In this document: piece after piece, positions 1-12,276 of the stretch
Layout: each line of letters opens with the position of its first letter
Numbering within the stretch: position 1 is the stretch's first letter
Origin: Neoconidiobolus thromboides FSU 785
Lineage: Eukaryota > Fungi > Entomophthoromycota
Assembly (NCBI GenBank): GCA_025603075.1
Contig: MU626352.1
Coordinates: 17,437-81,436 of the forward strand
Length of the DNA: 64,000 nt
Direction of reading: 5' to 3'
Translations under genes and position numbers: made by a program
The notes under the pieces: model-generated
What the model was told of the DNA's origin: nothing
Seen by the model: only the letters and a program-made list of their open reading frames with translations
Database searches by the model: none

Positions 1-821
1 TAGTTTTTAAAGTTTTTATTATAATGGGGGGGGGGGAAATCCGGACTACCTAAGCTTTATAACTTACAAGGCTCAAATAGTGCTGGCAGGGTGTACTTTA
101 AAATTTAAGAACTGTAAAGTAGCATTTTTACTACTCTATAGATAGGAAACGTAATCAAGCTTAATCATCATTAACGATCCAAATTTAATAGAATTATATC
201 CCAACTCGTGAATTCATTATCAACAATATCTTATAAACAATTCGAAGCTTGAGGTGTTAAATATAACTCGACATCAAACTCAGTTAGTAATTTGACTGTT
301 TTAAGTTTTGTTGAATTGTTAACATCTGTAAGTCCCTTATCCAATTTACCCATAAATGTCAAAATTATAATATTATTCGTAGTTTAAATAACATATAATA
401 ATCAGTAAAATTATAGATAGTATATAACAGTTTAAACTGGAATTCAATAGCTATAATTTGTAAAGTATCAAAGGTTAAGTTTTAAATATGAAGTGAAATC
501 TTTAGCTCAGGGATGTTTATCAAAATTAAGAATAATCCAGTGTTAAATTCAATTGGCAAAACTTCAACCGAATTACCAATGATATTTACTAGTTTATGAA
601 ATCCATTGGTATACTTAAGTTTGTAGCTTTGGCTAGTAATTCTTCAATTAAAAAAAATGTCATAATTCACTTAATTTCAAAGATTTCATGTTCTAGTGTA
701 GAAGAATGCTCAAATTTTTATTGCAAAGTTTAATCTGCAACTTGGTTGAGTGATTCCAATTTTATAAAAAAAAATCGTTATTCCTATTCCATCGTCTTAT
801 AAAAAAAAAGAACACCCAAAA

Positions 822-2876
822 ATGAAACTATTACATCAACCGCGGATATTGACAGCAATTCTTAACAGTATAAAATTGCAACCCAACTTAATAACTTTAA
901 GAAGTGCCCACAACATCAGTTTAATGAAAAAAGAGTTACAAAATTTAACTTCCGATTACCATCATCTCAATAGTTCCATTGTATATAAAGAATATGACTC
1001 CATCCTACAGCAAATAGCCAAATTACAATTGAATTATAGCCCATTAAATTTGAGAGATATGAATATATTGAATCTATTCTATAATCGATTATTAGAAGAT
1101 AAAAGGATTAGCGGTGATAAAAAGAGAATAGAGGAGATTTTAGAGATTATTAACGTGGCTAAGTTGTTACCATTTAATTTTGTCTTGTTGATAGATAATA
1201 TGCTGAATTCAGGTTTTGATTATGTGGATATTGCGAAGACGATGGAGAAAGGTAAGCATATTGTTTTCTATAATAAATTACTCGATAAAGTGGTGAGGAA
1301 GTGGATAATGGAAATCAAGGTCAACAAGGAATGGAAACGAGATGAAATGGAGATGAAATCAGTGTTGGACTTGATGAAGCAACATAAGAAATTTGATGAA
1401 AAGGATTTACAATTGATTGAATACAGTATCAGAAAAAATAAAGAGTTAAGTAAGGAACTGGAGTTAGAATATCGCTATTTTTTGTTTTTACAAAAAGCCA
1501 AAGAATTTAAATTAAATTGGGAAGAAGTTTATTGTTTTAGAGATTATCCAAAATATATTAATAAAGTTTACTATAATATATTAGAGTATTACTTATATAA
1601 TAATAATATACAAGTGGATATTCAATTAGTATTTCAACTAATTAATAGTACGATAAAGATCCAGGAGGTCAAACCCAGTGAATTAAATCCAGCTAAATAT
1701 CAGGTCAATTATGAGAGAATCGAAGCATTTGAGAATGTTATATTAAACCCCAATCACTTGAATTTGATATTTTTACATTGTATTAAATGGAATTATTTTG
1801 AAGAGTTAATTGAGTTATGGGAACAATATCCAGGGTTAATTAATGAACAAATTGTCACCAATTGTTGTATAGCATTGATTAGGAATAAACAACTAGATAA
1901 AGTAGAATATTTATTGAAATTAGCTAAAATTAGAGGATTAAACGATGGGAAAATTCAAATCAATTTGTTATTGGAGCTGTATAATCACCAGGAATATCAA
2001 ATGCTTTTAGAGTCCTTTAATACGAATTTGGAGTTATTGACGGAGGATAAGAATATTAATATAGAGAAAAGCAATGAGATAGAACATAAATTATACAATG
2101 ACTTCAATTTAGTTAAATTAATCCAACAAATTAAAGACAATGAAATTATAGAAATAATAGAAGAAATGGGAATTAAAAATAAGAATTATAAATTAACAGA
2201 AAGTTTAATTATGAATCAAAAGTATACTTTTAAAAGGAAACAAGAGTTATTAAAAAAATATTTATTTTATTTACCGAAATTTAAAATCACTAAAGAAAAA
2301 TTGATTATGAATTTGATTGATAGTTGTATAGAGAAGAAGATTGGGAAGGAGGAATTTGATATTACAGTTAGAAGTTTAAATTTACAAATGAATAATAAAA
2401 TGTGGTTGTATTTTAAGTTAGCTAATGAAGAGACTGTTAACATCAATGAGGTTACAGCTGAGGATTTAGAATCCTTATTTAAATTTGATAGGTTAGAGGT
2501 GATTTATCAACTAATTGATAATAAACAGTTTTTAGCTGAATTGATTCAGGATGTTAATAAACATTCTATGGAGTATAATAATAGTGTAGTAAATAATAAT
2601 AATAATAATAATAATATAGAGGCTAGTAAAAGTATAAAGTATAGTAATGAACAATTAAAAATTATATACTATACATTTATAAAGTTTAATGATAAGAAAA
2701 GAATGATATACTTAATTAATCAATTGCCATTGAACATGAGTTATTTTTATTTGATTCAATGTTTCGAAATATTATTGCCCGATGTTAATGTAGATAAATA
2801 TCTATTTCAATTTAATTTATTAAATTTAATAGATCTTTTATGGGAGTCATTAGAGAGTAATAATAGTAAAATATAA
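822..2876 (+). CDS. 684-aa alpha-helical protein, probably mitochondrial, PPR/TPR-like
   Basis: Intronless ORF. The N-terminus is basic with no acidic residues over the first ~35 aa (presequence-like). Segments such as IVTNCCIALIRNKQLDKVEYLLKLAKIRGL and NHLNLIFLHCIKWNYFEELIELWEQ resemble the PPR helix-turn-helix pattern. The CDS is secure; the family call is tentative. Confidence 0.6.
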   Translation: MKLLHQPRILTAILNSIKLQPNLITLRSAHNISLMKKELQNLTSDYHHLNSSIVYKEYDSILQQIAKLQLNYSPLNLRDMNILNLFYNRLLEDKRISGDKKRIEEILEIINVAKLLPFNFVLLIDNMLNSGFDYVDIAKTMEKGKHIVFYNKLLDKVVRKWIMEIKVNKEWKRDEMEMKSVLDLMKQHKKFDEKDLQLIEYSIRKNKELSKELELEYRYFLFLQKAKEFKLNWEEVYCFRDYPKYINKVYYNILEYYLYNNNIQVDIQLVFQLINSTIKIQEVKPSELNPAKYQVNYERIEAFENVILNPNHLNLIFLHCIKWNYFEELIELWEQYPGLINEQIVTNCCIALIRNKQLDKVEYLLKLAKIRGLNDGKIQINLLLELYNHQEYQMLLESFNTNLELLTEDKNINIEKSNEIEHKLYNDFNLVKLIQQIKDNEIIEIIEEMGIKNKNYKLTESLIMNQKYTFKRKQELLKKYLFYLPKFKITKEKLIMNLIDSCIEKKIGKEEFDITVRSLNLQMNNKMWLYFKLANEETVNINEVTAEDLESLFKFDRLEVIYQLIDNKQFLAELIQDVNKHSMEYNNSVVNNNNNNNNIEASKSIKYSNEQLKIIYYTFIKFNDKKRMIYLINQLPLNMSYFYLIQCFEILLPDVNVDKYLFQFNLLNLIDLLWESLESNNSKI

Positions 2877-2966
2877 ACTAAGACAACATAGAGTATTAAT
2901 AAATAAATAAATAAAATATAGAATGAAATAATAAGTTAATTAAATAATTACATTTATTAGTATTAA

Positions 2967-4025
2967 TTAAAAGGGAGGAGGGGGTAATTCATAGTTAGGT
3001 AAACTATTTAAGATAGTATCTTTTGAGGACAAAGGTAACAAACAGATGGGATGATTTAAAAATAAATTTTTTTGATTATTTTTAAAATTAATTTTGATTT
3101 TTAAATAATGGTTAATTGTAAATAAATTGTTATTACAGTTATAATAATAATCTTGTTTTGGATTTTTGTTGATATTTAAATCAATTTTGAATTCATTAAC
3201 ACTACTTACAGAGTTAGTATTGCTATTGATTAATACAGTAGAGGAGTCGAGGATATAATTTTTAGTTTTAGTACAGTTGGAATATTCACTTTTATAAATA
3301 ATTTCTCGCTTAATTAAACAAATAATACTATCAATAGTATCGTTTTGATTTAATAAATTGAAGTTAAAAAATACAGTCACGGGATCTTGGTTGCCAAAAC
3401 AAGAAGATAAACAATAAATATTGTAAGTCAAATCATTGCTCTTGTTAGTAAATTGAATCATATTATTCATGATTGGACAGGTAGGTAAAGGTAAACGATG
3501 AATGTTAATAGACCTAGTGGCATTCGATTTTAAATAGAACTTAATAGGTAAGAGTTGATTCAATTTAAAATTCATAGGGAGATAATGGAAAAGTAATTGA
3601 ATATCATAGGTCAATTTACCATTTTTAATTGTAATACTATTGTTTAAGTTACCCTCAATTAAAAAATTAAAAGTAAAATAATGAATTCCTCGGTTTAATA
3701 TTACTTCATCTTCTGTATTATTATTGTTTCTATTATCTTGTAGTAAATCCAAAGATTGATTTAATATAGTTTGTTTTGCTTGATAGCTTTTTTGATTATT
3801 AGTAAAATTAACTTGATTATTTCCAACTAAGTTTAACTTCATTTGATGAATAACAATGCTTCCTTTGTCATTATCTTCGATTATTGGAGTTGTATTAAGG
3901 TTGTTTTCAATTCTCACTCTTCCTTTAATTATATTACCATGACTTTCATTAGTATCGCCGTGTAAATTGATAACATCTTCTAATAATTCAATTGATGCTT
4001 TAACTTGATTATTTAAAAAAAACAT
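2967..4025 (-). CDS. alpha-arrestin (ART/Rsp5 adaptor-like)
   Basis: Arrestin_N-like motifs IIKGRVRI and LNRGIHYFTFNFLIEGNLNNSITIKNGKLTYDI, a beta-rich C-terminal half, and terminal PY-type motifs LPNY and PPPPF. Confidence 0.8.
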   Translation of the reverse strand: MFFLNNQVKASIELLEDVINLHGDTNESHGNIIKGRVRIENNLNTTPIIEDNDKGSIVIHQMKLNLVGNNQVNFTNNQKSYQAKQTILNQSLDLLQDNRNNNNTEDEVILNRGIHYFTFNFLIEGNLNNSITIKNGKLTYDIQLLFHYLPMNFKLNQLLPIKFYLKSNATRSINIHRLPLPTCPIMNNMIQFTNKSNDLTYNIYCLSSCFGNQDPVTVFFNFNLLNQNDTIDSIICLIKREIIYKSEYSNCTKTKNYILDSSTVLINSNTNSVSSVNEFKIDLNINKNPKQDYYYNCNNNLFTINHYLKIKINFKNNQKNLFLNHPICLLPLSSKDTILNSLPNYELPPPPF

Positions 4026-4899
4026 AATGACTAATTATAAAAATAATAAAGAAAGGGAATAAAGAGAACAAAGAGAAACAAATAAGAGATATAAGTTATA
4101 TATAAAAAATAATTCAAATTTTTTTTGTAAATTTAAATTGATTTTTAAGTTTATTTATATACTTTTTTTAGATAGCGTATAAAAATCATTACCATAATTA
4201 ATTTACTACTCATTAACTTTAATATTTATGGAGTAATTATTTTTTCAACCCCAGAACATTTAATTTAATTTCATTAAGTATTTATAAATGCTAAAAAAAG
4301 ATTGGTCCAATTTTGAAAAATGATGGCAACTTACCCTTAACTCAACAAAGATTATTATAACGATTGGCCACAAAGGTATCATGGTGATATAGCTATTTTA
4401 AGTTAGTGGGAATTAGATAAGCATTTGTTACAAGTATTTTTTTGTATTAATTTATACAATCCATTCATAAAACTAAAATTACAATGTCATTGAGGTCCAT
4501 GGGTTAGAAATCAACTTAATTGGTTGGTTTAAACAAGAGTGTTATCAAAAGTGATCTAAGACTGAAATCATAGCGTTTATTTCAATGGAGATTTTTATAT
4601 ATATTTTTGTTATATTAATAATAATACATTTAGTCTTTAAGATAATCCTATCAAAATAAATATATCAAAATTATAATTTATTATTTAGTTGTAGTAATTA
4701 TGGTTGATCGGTGAGTCATAATTTTAATTCAAAGGAGATGTGAAATAACTTTTTAATATTTATTTTTAGTTTCAATAAAAGATAAATAATAATGAAATAT
4801 CGAAATTCACACTTTCTTATATAATACCATAGAATAAGTGAAACGTTATTTTAATTATTTAAGCAAAACATTATAATTCCTCAATTTTAAAACAATAGA

Positions 4900-5690
4900 A
4901 ATTGTTTTGATAGAACCTTGTTTTAATTATATCTCATGAACTCATCCCTCCTTTCTTAGTTTAAATCTAAATATGAAATAATCAAGAATATTTAATAAAA
5001 CTTTTTGTTTTAAAAATATCCGATCATTTTCTCGTTATCTACTTCTTTAATATAAGAGTTCTTCTCTAAAACCAAGCTTACACAATATTCGATTCTCATT
5101 TTTTATCACCAAAAGTACCCTTAATATTGAATCAAAGAATAAAAACGTTAAGGGATCCTTACTTACCCCACTTAATTTGATATATGCCATTTTTGGGTTG
5201 TTGGGTAGAATTTTTTGAAGATTAATAAATTACTTGAAGATGCATTTAAATAAGATGATCTTGATTTTGACTGTAAAGCTTGATATTTGAGTGGTTGTTA
5301 ATGCTTATGCTAAGATAAAAGGATTGTGGAGCTATTTACAACAATGTGAAGTATAAGTCATAAGATCAAAATTAGAGGAGGAATTGGTAGTATATTTATT
5401 AAATTGTTACTTTTTTATTTCAATAGTTTTTACTTAATGCTATTATAGTTTTGAGATTTTATTCAAATAATAAAATAATTAGAATAAATAATTTCAAATA
5501 GAATAAAACTCTGGATCTTTTTTAAAATGGAATTTTTAGAAAATGGCGTTATCTAATTTATAAAACCTAGTTATCTTGCCATTATCAAATAAACAGTAAA
5601 CCACACTTACCAGCTTTTGATTTAAAAATCAAACTTTCAAGTTATTGCTTTTAATTCACTTAGATTACTTAGTTGTCATTATTGGGGATG
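4900..5690 (-). pseudogene. degraded intron-containing gene relic, family unknown
   Basis: Two well-formed minus-strand introns (GTAAGTGTGG...AACTAG near 5610-5567; GTAAGTAAGG...ATTAAG near 5167-5121) flank exon-like sequence with in-frame stops in all frames. Confidence 0.3.
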
Positions 5691-5851
5691 CTACTTTTTT
5701 CTATAATATGATAGATATTATATTATTGATATATTAAATCATTAGTATATTAGATTATTAATATATTAAATTATGACTATCTGGAATTATCAATATACTA
5801 ATTATAGTCATAATGTTTTATATATATATTTTTATTGATGTAAAATATAAT

Positions 5852-6457
5852 ATTGGGGTTTCGAGCTTATAAGATTCTTATTGAAAATTTTGATCTATTC
5901 TGTATAAGTGATAAGGATTTAAAATTACAAGATAATAATCATGAGCAATCCGAATAACATTATAATCTAATTTTAGTAATAAAGTCTAAGCATTAATAGG
6001 CATTAGCTCAGGATTTATTTATAATGTGTATAATCAAGTTTTATTTTTATTTAATTGTAGGAAGTAATTTTTATTAAATAAATTTAAAATTTAAAATGTT
6101 TTTGAATAATGTTATCATTTTTATTTCATAAAATTTCAAGCAAACTAATTGACTATTATCACTCATACTATCATTATCAATAGTAGGTAGATGAATACCC
6201 TCAAATATCAATATAACTAATAAGCACTACTTATTAAAGAATAAAAGAATTAAATTCAAAAGTAAAGACAAAATAAAACTAAAATGAGTTTTGGGGAGAC
6301 TTTTATTTACTAATAATAATAATGGCGTTAGTTATGATAATAGATAAATATCCCCAAAAACATTTTGAAATTATTATTTATTCATATTAGTTTTGTAATT
6401 GATGACAATATAATTATTTTATAAAAAAAACTAATTTAAGATACTCAAAACCCCATA
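5852..6457. mobile_element. possible ~600-bp non-autonomous TIR element
   Basis: Short imperfect inverted termini TGGGGTTTCGAG ... CTCAAAACCCCA. An internal inverted repeat (AAAATGAGTTTTGGGGA ... TCCCCAAAAACATTTT) lies at about 6281-6366. Confidence 0.3.
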
Positions 6458-6633
6458 ATGTTTTATTTATTAAGGGTACTCTTGTCTACTATCTAACAAT
6501 AGTAACGTTATCAACAATAACGCTATTAAGAATTATAACAGATAAAAGTTGTTCTTATTAATAAGAATAAATATTTGTTTCAAAAGGTAAATCAACATTT
6601 CAAATAATATTTAAAATCCTTATTATTTTATAA

Positions 6634-6738
6634 ATATGGGGGTACTTTTTTCGGCTTCACTTTTTTCATCTTTTGAGCACTATTTGAGTGGAAAAATCGG
6701 TAGTAAAATTCTTAAACATAAAAATAGATATTCATATA
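6634..6738 (-). mobile_element. MITE-like 100-bp TIR element, copy 1
   Basis: Matches the reverse complement of the family consensus TATGGGGATGTATTTTTTTGTTTAAGAATTTTACTAACAATTTTTCCACTCAAATAGCGCTTAAAAGATGGAAAAAGTAATGAAGTCAAAAAAACATCCCCATA. Confidence 0.8.
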
Positions 6739-6993
6739 TAACCTTATTTTCAATGTATTAGTACTATTCATATAATTCCAATATAAAATTTAACTTATAG
6801 GATACTTAATATTTTTAAAAATTTTGCTTTTTTTTTCTTCTAAAAACGCCAAATATTTACTAAATAAATACTTTATCTCATTAATTAAAGTAAGAAAAGT
6901 TAATCAAATTACTTTAATAAAAACATAATATGAAATAATTAATAAAGGTTCGCTTCAAGGTTATGTTCGTCAATAAAACTTTAATTATACAAC

Positions 6994-8742
6994 TTAAAAA
7001 GAAGCCAAAGCATCTAAAAACTGGTTTAATTTACGTACATCGTAACCGAAATCCTATTCAATGAATTTTAAGTAAATACCATAATATAACTAATAAACTT
7101 CTATTACCTCCCCAAGTTGTATAAAAGCGACTAAATTTTTCTTAATATCTGGTAATGTATTTTCCATTGAAGCAATACCCAACCCACGAGAGATTTCATC
7201 CAATAATTTATTTGTTAATAAAGTCCATAGAATTTCGACCTATATTTGCAAAAATAAGATATGTGATATTAAAGAGAAAGAGAAAGAGAAAGAGAAAGAG
7301 AAAGAAAAATCAATCAAAAAACTCCAACTTACATCTGTAGGATATCTAAATCTCGTTGTAGTATTAATAATAGTTCTTTCAATTTGAAAGAAACCTAGGA
7401 TATCTGCTAAATGAATTTGAAATAAATCTAAACTTTTCTTGCCCAAAATTAAATTCGTTTCACTTAAATTAATGGCCATTTGCTATTGATGGATAATAGT
7501 TAAAAATAATTTTAAAAAAAACTGTATTATTTGACTTACTCTTCGTTCCTCTTCAAAAGATTTTTGGAATTCTTCAAAAGAACCTAATTTGTGATGGATA
7601 TGTAAACATTGGTAAAACGGCTGGAAATCTAATTCCATGATATTTTCTTCTTCATCTTAAAAAACATATTAAAATTCTAAACTTATAGTTGAGCTCTAAA
7701 ACTACATACCAATTTCTAACTCATCTTTAACAAGATGAATAGCCGCTGGATAATTTGAATTTTCTTTTTTTTGTCTTACAATCCAACTCTGTTGTTTATC
7801 TAACATCTTTTGTATCTTTGATAAGCCATAATTTCGACTCTGTTCTTTTAATCTATTAATTAATTTGTTAATTAAATGTTAATTAAATATAATTCATTCA
7901 GATTACTGTAACAACCAATCTCTCTTTTCTAAAATAACCGCTTGTTTCACTAAATCCCTCATACTTGGTATACACTCCTCTAGTTATTATTTAATGTTGC
8001 TTTATTTTATTATATATTAAATTATTACCCATATATTTAGCAAACAAATATTGATTGATATGAGGTAAATGCTCGTTTTGCAACTCATCTAAAGTCTAAA
8101 AATATTAAAATCAAAACAGAAAATTAAAAAGCTTACTTTCAAAGCCGAAAAATAATTCCTTTGATTCAATAGAGTATTAACTCTATTAGCTAACTTTAAA
8201 ATATGCAAACAAGTCTGTAAAGTTTCAATACAAGTTTCAATATTTTGTTGGATACGGCGATGTTGGATTAACTCACTTTTCTTTTAAATCTTGAATTAAT
8301 TTATTTTGAATTTTGAATTTTTTATAGTTACCGTAGCCAATAATTTATTCCCAGATTGTTGTAAACTTTCGTTAACTTCTAATATATTTTCTTTTAAAGT
8401 ACTAGTCCCCTTTTTTACTTCAAGTAATTGATCTACGGATTGAATAAACTCCTAAACAATAAAAAATCAATTTAACTCATAATATCTATCCATTTGTTTC
8501 ATTTTTCTAATAATCTTTAATTTGTTTTTCTCTCTCTTACTTACTTGATAATGTGAATAGCATAGCTTTTCAATCTCTAATTCTTTTTTATTTAATAAAT
8601 CATTTAATTTTTCTAATATCTCATTCTGTGTTTGATTCCTTAAACTGGATTGTAAAATAGGGATAATTGGTTGACTTTGTCCCTCCAATTCGTTACTTCC
8701 ATCGATGATGATCAGTTGATTCAGTTTACTGCTCAAATCCAT
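6994..8742 (-). CDS. SEC15: exocyst subunit Sec15/EXOC6 homolog, N-terminal ~400 aa only (10 exons)
   Basis: Spliced by eye, in frame across 9 GT-AG introns: KELEIEKLCYSHYQ / EFIQSVDQLLEVK / ETLQTCLHILKLANRV..RNYFSALK / TLDELQNEHLPHI / IPSMRDLVKQAV..DWL / LDFQPFYQCLHIH / LGFFQIERTI / VEILW / DFGYDVRKLNQFL, then TAA at 6996-6994. These match conserved Sec15 motifs. Confidence 0.85.
7271..7306. repeat. (AAAGAG)n microsatellite in a Sec15 intron
   Basis: Five perfect AAAGAG units plus one variant unit. Confidence 0.9.
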
Positions 8743-10431
8743 GGCGCGATGATAGTAAAAATTAAAATTAAAGAAATAAAGATAAAATGTTTTTAACTAA
8801 AGTGCCACTTTATGTTATTAAAATGACTATCATTGGGTAAAAAAAAGATGGAATTTGTTGAAAATTTGTTAATATTTTGTTATAATTTCTATTTTTTGTG
8901 TTGAAAATTTTAAAATGAACTTTGTTTTAAAAATCACCTTTTTTACACCTACTGCAACTCATTTGCAATCTACTCAACTGTTCAATTAAAAAAATAACTT
9001 ACAAAACTCCTAAGAAAGGTTGGGCTTTAAAAAAGCCAGATAAGCAAATATTTAGTTCTAAGGATTATCGCAAAATAGGTCAAAATAGAGCTGTGGCAGT
9101 TATAACCTAGTTGGACTATTTTTTAGGATTTTAGGATTTGAGTTTTTTGACTTGAAATGAATAATTGTGAATAAAAAATATGTAATATTTTATTTTAATA
9201 AATAAAAATCAATAAATCAAAGCTACACGAATTGAAATAGTATCTATTTATTTACTAAATAACATTTAATAGTAAAACATTAAATATATTATAACCATAT
9301 AAAGTAGTTTATATAATATAATAAAATGAATTTAAAAAGGTTGCTTAATTTGAAAGCGTTTTGTAGAAAAAAGTTAATTACTTATATTCATTTAAATAAA
9401 ACCTAACTATAAGTTCAACTATTTGAATAGCTTGTAATCTTCATAAAATTGTTTGAATATTTTATATAAGTGTCTACTAGTTAAAAACTTGTAAACAATA
9501 ACTAAGCTTTATTCTAGTTTTATTTTCCGGGTCAAAGTTGAGTTATACTTTTAAAGCGAGACAAATGAAATTAATGCTTTTCTTGTATTTTTAATAGAAT
9601 TTTATATTAAACCTTTGTGAATACGCTTTTTTAAAATACTAAATAATTGCAGATTATAACTTTATAATATAAATAATTAGCACTGACTAAAAAATTACAA
9701 ATTTTAATCAAACTATTTTTTATCGAAAAATGATTACATAAATTAATTACAAACAATAAAAGGTTCATGAACCAAAAATAGTAAATTTAAGCTAAAGAAG
9801 TTTCTAGAATAAATCATTTGAATTTATGGTTCGCTTAAGGGAGAAGGACATCACTTAAAAAGAAATAATACTTTGTAAGTTAACTCTATTTATAATAATG
9901 GCAATATAACAGAAAGAATGATCGAATAAGGCTAGTTGGAATTCTAAAGCTTCGTATCTATTAAAACATTCTAAATAAACTTAGATTTTATCTAACAGGT
10001 TAGAACAAAAAGAAAAAAAAGGAGAATTTACAAATAGTTAAAACTGTAGAATAAAAAGAAAAACGGTTTAAGGTGGTAGCATAACCTTAATCAGTTATGG
10101 GTTAGCTTTTATTTGTTAATCAATTAGGTAAATATAATTAAGTTTATGCTTTCTAAAATCGTTGTCTTGAAAATAATCATCCGAATAAAACTTGTTATTG
10201 GTTTCTTCAACTTCTAGAATAAATAGAAATTGGCATAAGCAGCTTTTTTAAAACACTGCTAAAACCAGATGATCTTTAAAAGTTTCAAAATGGCAAGTTT
10301 ATAATTTACAAAAATAAAAGAGGATCTGACTACTAAAAAATAGTATAAATACTCAAAATATCTACTATTCACTCTTATCATATCATTATTTAAATTTTCA
10401 TTTTCTACATTTAATACTTAATTCAAAAATT

Positions 10432-11070
10432 ATGAAATCCATCTCATTACTCGCTGTAACTTCCCTTTTTTTGAACTCTATTTCATCTCATGTGACTGCT
10501 AATCCCGCTGTTGGATTAGCTGGTAGCTATTTTGTTACTTTTATTCGTGTACCTCATGGTTGTGGTACATCTGGTACTACCAAAGTAACGGTAAATCTCA
10601 CTGATGATTTAACTACTGGAGCCACTGCTCAAAGCGTTTCTGGATGGAAAGTAAGTTATGGTTACCCTAATGATAAACAAGGTAGTACCAACAGCACTGA
10701 AGGAGAATCAGGTGGAGCATCCAAAGTCCCTAATTCAGTTACTTGGGAAGCTCAAAATAATGCTGAATTACCCCATGATCAATTTATGGATTTTGGACTT
10801 TCTCTTAAATTACCTCTTACTGCTACTTACAATAATACCATCTATTTCCCTACCATGCAATATTGTAAAAACGGTACTGGTGACTGGTCTTCATGGCCTG
10901 GAAACCCAGGTCAAAATCCTGAAAAAACTCCAGCTCCTAAACTCGTATTGACCAATAGTACCGATAGTACTGCTTCTAAAACAGGTCCTAAATCAAATGC
11001 CATAAGTCTAAGCCCAGTATATTATTCATTCGCTTCCATGGGCTTGGTTGCATTTACTTTCTTGTTGTAG
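10432..11070 (+). CDS. secreted YcnI/DUF1775-family copper-binding protein with probable GPI-anchor signal
   Basis: Signal peptide followed immediately by HVTANP. Motifs RVPHGC, TTKVTV, GWKV, SVTWEA, FMDFGLSLKLP, YFPTMQYC, W and PAP are typical of bacterial YcnI. A Ser/Thr linker precedes a hydrophobic C-terminus. Intronless. Confidence 0.85.
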   Translation: MKSISLLAVTSLFLNSISSHVTANPAVGLAGSYFVTFIRVPHGCGTSGTTKVTVNLTDDLTTGATAQSVSGWKVSYGYPNDKQGSTNSTEGESGGASKVPNSVTWEAQNNAELPHDQFMDFGLSLKLPLTATYNNTIYFPTMQYCKNGTGDWSSWPGNPGQNPEKTPAPKLVLTNSTDSTASKTGPKSNAISLSPVYYSFASMGLVAFTFLL

Positions 11071-12276
11071 ACTGATCATCCGCTATTCTTTATTCTTCAT
11101 TATTCTTAATAAATATATTATACATTTTAAATTATATTAAATACTAACTTAATGAATAAGAACTGTTGATATAAAATAGAATAGGAAATCATGTTAATAA
11201 AATAATGAAATTGTACTAAATATTGGAATCCCAGTTAAATAAATAACAAATCAATATAGTTTTATAAATCAATACCAGATTAGAATTTCACAATACTAAT
11301 TGTATTATTATAAGACATCATGTTTAGTCAGTAGCTTTAATTTATGAAAGATTTAGATCAACTTTTTAGCATAAAAAATTACTTAAAAGTTTTAGTAAAG
11401 AGATTGATAAAAAATTTAATACATCTATATACATTTAAATATGAAACATGTTACATATGATCATATAGCTTTGTATTTTAATATAAGTTTTTATTACGGG
11501 CACAGCTATTCAAAAAAACGTCATAAAACCTTCTTCTACCCCATAGCCTACTTATAGTAATTTATTAAAATTAATGTTGATAAAATCTTAGTAAAGTTAC
11601 AGAGAATCAACTTATTCTATGTACTAATGGATTTTTAATAATACTTTCATCCTTCAGATGTTAAAGTTAAATTTTTGAATGCCTAGTGCTTTTTTGCCTA
11701 GGCCTTATTACTAAATTAATAACGCTGGTCTAGAGAGTTGATAAAGTTGCTTATTTTTATCTCCCCCAAGCTCAAGCTTATAATTAACTAATTTCAACCT
11801 CTTGTCTTCTATATTTTCTCTCTTTAGACATTATTTAGCATGTTTTTTGGGCTTCCTGTATATTCTATCTGTATGGGTATCTTATTCATATACTTTAGAT
11901 AATCATCGTAATGAGCATAGTATAATATATAAATAGAGATCCTTTTTTGTACATGATCATGATATTTTATGTTTCAATTAACTATTCTAGTTATTTGGGT
12001 CATTAATAGGCAATATTATAAAATTATCTTTGATTTCTTGATTGGGTTTCTTTCCAGTTCATTGTTCTCTTTACGAATGAAAAGTTTTCTTGTCTAAATA
12101 GTACCTTACATTTTTTAGGCTTAACTACTCGAAATCTGAAAAAGAAATTTTCACTAATGTAGTTTTTAGTTCTTTGGTACTATATTTGAAAATGCTGTTT
12201 GTTCTTGACCTTTTATTATGGATTGTTATTTGAAAGATACTACTTTAACTACTCATTAAAAACTAAAAACATCCCC

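Noticed and set aside
25-36. Poly-G run near the window start
   Set aside because: An isolated homopolymer, not a telomeric repeat or a multi-tract G-quadruplex motif.
10658-10951. 97-aa ORF overlapping the YcnI gene
   Set aside because: Alternate frame of a well-supported CDS.
11820-12240. Minus-strand stretch faintly resembling a retroelement integrase zinc-binding region
   Set aside because: Too many stops and no diagnostic motif; cannot be supported without a profile search.
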